Origin: an uncultured Pseudomonadales bacterium
GTDB lineage: Bacteria; Pseudomonadota; Gammaproteobacteria; Pseudomonadales; Azotimanducaceae
NCBI GenBank assembly: GCA_964634815.1
Contig: CAZWMD010000009.1
Span: 45,549 to 109,548 of the forward strand
Length of the DNA stretch: 64,000 bases
Direction: 5' to 3'
Shown here piece after piece: positions 60,581-64,000 of the stretch. Each line of letters starts with the position of its first letter. Positions within the stretch are counted from its first letter, which is position 1. Under the pieces are notes generated by a model. The model worked only from the letters and a program-made list of their open reading frames with translations. It ran no database searches and was not told the origin of the DNA. The position numbers were made by a program, and so were the translations under genes.

Positions 60581-61300
60581 TCAGTGGCTTTGCTCCTGCA
60601 CAAGCTGGCCCGCATCTACCGTCACACTACGGGCGCAGCGCTCTGCGAGTCGGGGATCGTGAGTAACCAGCACCAGGGTTGTGCCAAAGTCGGCATTGAG
60701 TTGAAACAGTAGTTCGGTGACCTTGGCACCCGTTGCGGTGTCCAGATTGCCCGTGGGCTCGTCTGCAAAAAGCACCTGTGGTCGGCAGGCAAAGGCCCGC
60801 GCAATAGCAACCCGTTGCTGCTCACCACCTGACAGCTGGCGTGGATAGTGATGTCCACGATCTGATAAGCCTACCCGAGCCAACAACTCGACGGCCCGCT
60901 CCGACGCATCCGCATCCCCTTTTAGCTCTATCGGCAGCATGACGTTTTCGGCCGCAGTCAGGCTTCCAAGGAGCTGAAAGTTCTGGAACACAAAGCCCAC
61001 CAACCGGCCGCGAAGTAACGCCCGGGCCTCTTCATCCAGTGTCGTCAATTCCTCTCCCGCCAGAGAAACGCTACCGCTACTGGGGATATCCAACCCTGCA
61101 AGGATGCCTAACAAGGTGGTCTTGCCCGAGCCTGAGGCACCAATCACCGCGAGACTCTCACCCGCGTCGATGGCAATGTTAATGTTCTTCAATATGGTTA
61201 GAGGCCCCGCCGCGGTTTGCACCGTTTTGGCGAGGTCCCTGGCAGCAACCATGGGCGCTCGGGACTCTGTTATCTGCGCCCCTGAACTGGATACCGACAT
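60581..61300 (-). CDS. ybbA: ABC transporter ATP-binding protein (YbbA/LolD-like)
   Basis: Walker A is [11 protein letters not shown], the signature is [14 protein letters not shown], and Walker B is [11 protein letters not shown]. Confidence 0.9.
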   Translation of the reverse strand: MSVSSSGAQITESRAPMVAARDLAKTVQTAAGPLTILKNINIAIDAGESLAVIGASGSGKTTLLGILAGLDIPSSGSVSLAGEELTTLDEEARALLRGRLVGFVFQNFQLLGSLTAAENVMLPIELKGDADASERAVELLARVGLSDRGHHYPRQLSGGEQQRVAIARAFACRPQVLFADEPTGNLDTATGAKVTELLFQLNADFGTTLVLVTHDPRLAERCARSVTVDAGQLVQEQSH

Positions 61301-62159
61301 GCGTATTACTTCTTACTATTCTAGTTGTGATTCTCGTTGTGATGGCACCAAAGCCGCCCCTGATTATGTGGCAGCACGGTCATACTACTGTGAATCGGTC
61401 CGCGAGTGGCTGACCAAACATGGCCGCACTGGCCTATTCGGCCTCGTGCTTGTTCTACTGGGTGCCTGTTCCGAGCCCGATAGCCGACAAACCCCGCAAT
61501 CATCCGAACCTCTGGGTAAGCGTGCTGAGCCTTCGCACGACTCTGCACTAGAAGACGCCGGGGTCTCGACAGAAGCGGCCCTGAAAGTGCTGGTGTTCGG
61601 CGACAGCATCAGTGCAGCCTACGGCATTCGTCGCGACGACGGGTGGGTTACTCTGCTGGAAACCAGACTAAGACAACCTTATCCGAGTGCCCAGGTCATC
61701 AACGCCAGCGTTTCAGGGGAGACGACTCAGGGTGGCAGAGCCCGGCTGCAGGCAGCGCTGGACCGGCACGCTCCAGACCTGGTTATTCTGGAACTCGGCG
61801 GCAATGATGCGTTACGTGGCTATCCCGTAGACAGGTTGCGAGATAACCTGGGTGCCATGACCCAGATGAGCCAGGCCCAGGGCGCCAGGGTCGTGCTTAT
61901 GGGTATGCAGATTCCACCCAACTATGGCCCCCACTACACCCGCGAATTCGCTGCTGCCTTCAAACAGGTGGCAGACGCTCACAACGCCTACCTGGTACCG
62001 TTTTTTCTGGAAGGAGTCGCCCTGGTGGAGGGTATGATTCAGAACGACGGCATCCACCCAACCACTCAAGCCCAACCCTTGCTCATGGAAACCGGCTGGC
62101 AAGCCCTGGTTGCCACCCTGAGTGAACAGTTCCCGCTGCTGGGATCGAGCCCGGAATAG
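61299..62159 (+). CDS. tesA: GDSL/SGNH arylesterase-thioesterase (TesA-like), probable lipoprotein
   Basis: The SGNH blocks are VLVFGDSISAAYG, GGNDALRG and DGIHP. A lipobox (LVLLGAC) sits upstream of the catalytic domain. The gene is divergent from ybbA-ybbP, as in E. coli. The start is either ATG 61299 or GTG 61368. The part of the tracked ORF at 61104-61298 overlaps ybbA and is not credible. Confidence 0.8.
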   Translation: MRITSYYSSCDSRCDGTKAAPDYVAARSYYCESVREWLTKHGRTGLFGLVLVLLGACSEPDSRQTPQSSEPLGKRAEPSHDSALEDAGVSTEAALKVLVFGDSISAAYGIRRDDGWVTLLETRLRQPYPSAQVINASVSGETTQGGRARLQAALDRHAPDLVILELGGNDALRGYPVDRLRDNLGAMTQMSQAQGARVVLMGMQIPPNYGPHYTREFAAAFKQVADAHNAYLVPFFLEGVALVEGMIQNDGIHPTTQAQPLLMETGWQALVATLSEQFPLLGSSPE

Positions 62160-62171
62160 CCGCTGACACCG

Positions 62172-63161
62172 CTAATCGTCAGACACTGATGGCGCGCCCT
62201 GGGCATCGGGGCCGATATGAGTGGCGCCGCGTGCTGCCGCCAGCTCCATTTGTTTCTGACGTTCTCGAAAACCGTCACGCTGTTCAGGTTTAACTTCATT
62301 AATGCAACGCGGACAGCTGACGCCAATAACGTAGTCGGGATGGTTACTCTCTGACTTGGGCAACGGACGACGACAGGCGTGGCATTGCAAATAGTCGCCT
62401 GGCTGCAGATTCACATCCAGCGCGACCCGCTGATCAAAAACGAAGCACTCACCCGCCCAACGGTTATCGCTGCGCCCTTCCATGGTCTCCAGGTACTTGA
62501 GCACTCCGCCATCAAGCTGATAAACCGATTCAAACCCCTGGTCCAGCAGATAGGCCGCTGCTTTCTCACAGCGAATGCCTCCCGTGCAAAACATGGCAAC
62601 CCGCGGCTGACTCTTGGGATCAAGATTGTTTTCAACAAACTGTGGAAACTCTCGAAACGTTGAAGTGTCTGGGTTTATTGCTCCCGGGAAGGTACCAACT
62701 TCGACTTCATAACTGTTGCGCGTATCAACCACCACCACCTCAGGATCATCAAGCAAGGCGTTGAAGTCAGAGGCGCCAACATGTTCACCGGTACGCAGCG
62801 CCGGTGTCACCGGCCGGCCGAAGCTCACAATCTCATCCTTCACTTTGACTTTCATGCGCAGAAACGCCGCTTCACCTTCTCTAGCGGCCGAGCACTTGTA
62901 CTGCAACTCACTAAATTCAGGTTGCCCAAGCAAGAACTCCGCTAGTGCATCGAGCGCCTGTGGGCTACCCGATACCGTGCCGTTAACCCCTTCAGTGGCG
63001 AGCAACAGGGTTCCAAGTATTTTCGATTTTTCGCACAGTTGTTTGAGCGATTCACACAGTTGCGAGACGCGCTCTACGGACATCAGCGGATGAACAAAAT
63101 GATAGAGCGCCATCACCAACCCAGGGGCATCGGGCGCTTCAGTGGAAGGTAATTTAGTCAC
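62172..63161 (-). CDS. trhO: rhodanese-domain tRNA uridine(34) hydroxylase TrhO (YceA/UPF0176)
   Basis: LYHFVHP...GTLLLATEGVNGTVSG resembles the UPF0176 N-terminal domain. The rhodanese active-site loop is MFCTGGIRCEKA, and a C-terminal Cys cluster is present (CHACRRP...CPRC). I placed the start at GTG 63161, where GTGACTAA overlaps the bolA stop; ATG 63113 is the alternative. Confidence 0.8.
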   Translation of the reverse strand: MTKLPSTEAPDAPGLVMALYHFVHPLMSVERVSQLCESLKQLCEKSKILGTLLLATEGVNGTVSGSPQALDALAEFLLGQPEFSELQYKCSAAREGEAAFLRMKVKVKDEIVSFGRPVTPALRTGEHVGASDFNALLDDPEVVVVDTRNSYEVEVGTFPGAINPDTSTFREFPQFVENNLDPKSQPRVAMFCTGGIRCEKAAAYLLDQGFESVYQLDGGVLKYLETMEGRSDNRWAGECFVFDQRVALDVNLQPGDYLQCHACRRPLPKSESNHPDYVIGVSCPRCINEVKPEQRDGFRERQKQMELAAARGATHIGPDAQGAPSVSDD

Positions 63162-63501
63162 CGGACACCGGTTTGTTCTCACCCCCAAGGCAAGGTGGCG
63201 ACAAAGGTGCGCTGCCAAACCGTTTTTGCCATTCAGAGGTTGTGTAAGTGTGTATGGCCATCGCATGTACCGAGCCTGCCAGCAGATCTTGTAGCAGAGA
63301 ATTGACGGCTCGATGACGCTTTATTCGGCTGAGTTCCACAAAGTCTTCGCTGACCATCACCAGTTTGAAATGAGTTTCCGAATTGGCGGGTACATTGTGT
63401 TGATGACTCTCGTTTATCACCTCCAGGTGATCGAGTTCAAACGCCTGGGTGAGCCGCTGCTCGATTTCACTCGAGACCTTTATCCCTGAGTCGTCAGCCA
63501 T
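63154..63501 (-). CDS. bolA: BolA family protein
   Basis: The product contains LEVINESHQHNVPANSETHFKLVMVSEDFVELSRIKRHRAVNSLLQDLLAGSVHAMAIHTYTTSEW, which matches the BolA fold signature. Confidence 0.8.
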   Translation of the reverse strand: MADDSGIKVSSEIEQRLTQAFELDHLEVINESHQHNVPANSETHFKLVMVSEDFVELSRIKRHRAVNSLLQDLLAGSVHAMAIHTYTTSEWQKRFGSAPLSPPCLGGENKPVSGD

Positions 63502-64000
63502 CTTGCTTCTCCGCGTGTGGGAACGCTACCAGGATTGCAGAAATGTTATCCACTCCACCCGCTTCGTTGGCGGCATCAACTATGGCATCAAGCAATCGCT
63601 GAGGCGTTTTATGAGCCTTGAATAAGTTGTCCAAAGCAACGGGATCGAGCATATCGGTGACACCATCGCTACAGAGCATGTAAACATCCTCCGCCTGAGG
63701 AATATCCTGCAGAACTTGTACCTCAACTTCAGACTCAATACCCAATGCTCTGGTAATGATGTTTCGATTTGGGGCCGAGCGAGCCTCAGCTGGCGTCATG
63801 ACCCCGCCGTCGACAAGCTGCTGAACAACACTATGATCTCGGGTAAGTTGCACAAGCTCGCCGCAGCGATGACGGTAGATTCGAGAGTCACCAACGTTTC
63901 CCAACCAGACAACGTCTCCGATCAACTGCAGGGCAACCAGGGTTGTCCCCATATTGTTCAGGCTCGGATCGGTCTGCGACAGGGTGTAGATGGCGCGATT
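63494..64000 (-). CDS. PP2C-family Ser/Thr protein phosphatase, C-terminal part (5' end beyond the right window edge)
   Basis: The frame stays open to position 64000 (NRAIYTLSQTDPSLNNMGTTLVAL...). Conserved PP2C blocks are GTTLVAL, NVGDSRIY, LTRDHS, LCSDGV and GGVDNISAILV. The stop overlaps the bolA start by 8 nt. Confidence 0.8.
   Translation of the reverse strand, partial: NRAIYTLSQTDPSLNNMGTTLVALQLIGDVVWLGNVGDSRIYRHRCGELVQLTRDHSVVQQLVDGGVMTPAEARSAPNRNIITRALGIESEVEVQVLQDIPQAEDVYMLCSDGVTDMLDPVALDNLFKAHKTPQRLLDAIVDAANEAGGVDNISAILVAFPHAEKQDG

Noticed and set aside
61104-61298. N-terminal 65 codons of the tracked 351-aa ORF (tesA frame)
   Set aside because: This part lies entirely inside the divergent ybbA coding region, which carries the Walker A segment on the other strand. 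The esterase signal and lipobox come later, so this is an upstream in-frame extension and not coding.

Overview
This 64 kb window looks like a compact, gene-dense stretch of a gammaproteobacterial chromosome; a marine Cellvibrionales/Halieaceae-type origin is only a guess from gene content. I found no rRNA, tRNA, CRISPR array, IS element, integrase or prophage genes. Recognisable core genes are: the smc-zipA-ligA block; a complete ccmABCDEFGHI cytochrome c maturation operon, translationally coupled to ppnN; dinG; a pitrilysin-like M16 protease; a PhoPQ-like two-component system with a PepSY protein; ttcA; the tesA/ybbA-ybbP block; and bolA-trhO. The left edge carries a partial acyl-CoA dehydrogenase gene that the ORF track misses, and the right edge carries a partial PP2C phosphatase gene. 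The most unusual region is 36.8-47.4 kb. It holds a four-gene minus-strand operon encoding three secreted DUF11/Ig-like proteins of 367, about 182 and 451 aa. The fourth product is a 2439-aa protein with cadherin repeats, a duplicated Ig/CarboxypepD_reg-type module, DUF11 domains and a C-terminal region of about 860 aa that looks like an outer-membrane beta-barrel. No known chaperone, sortase or secretion partner lies nearby, so I flag it as a candidate undescribed surface-fibre/adhesin assembly system. Secondary items are a 2169-aa Ser/Thr-kinase-like/NTPase/GAF/PAS/hybrid histidine kinase next to an OmpR-type regulator, an orphan 1012-aa methyltransferase/coiled-coil/double-GT2 enzyme, and a GGDEF-EAL protein with a degenerate GGGRF motif. 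I also note several start-codon and gene-overlap peculiarities. All calls come from reading motifs by eye in the supplied translations and in my own translations; no database search was run.
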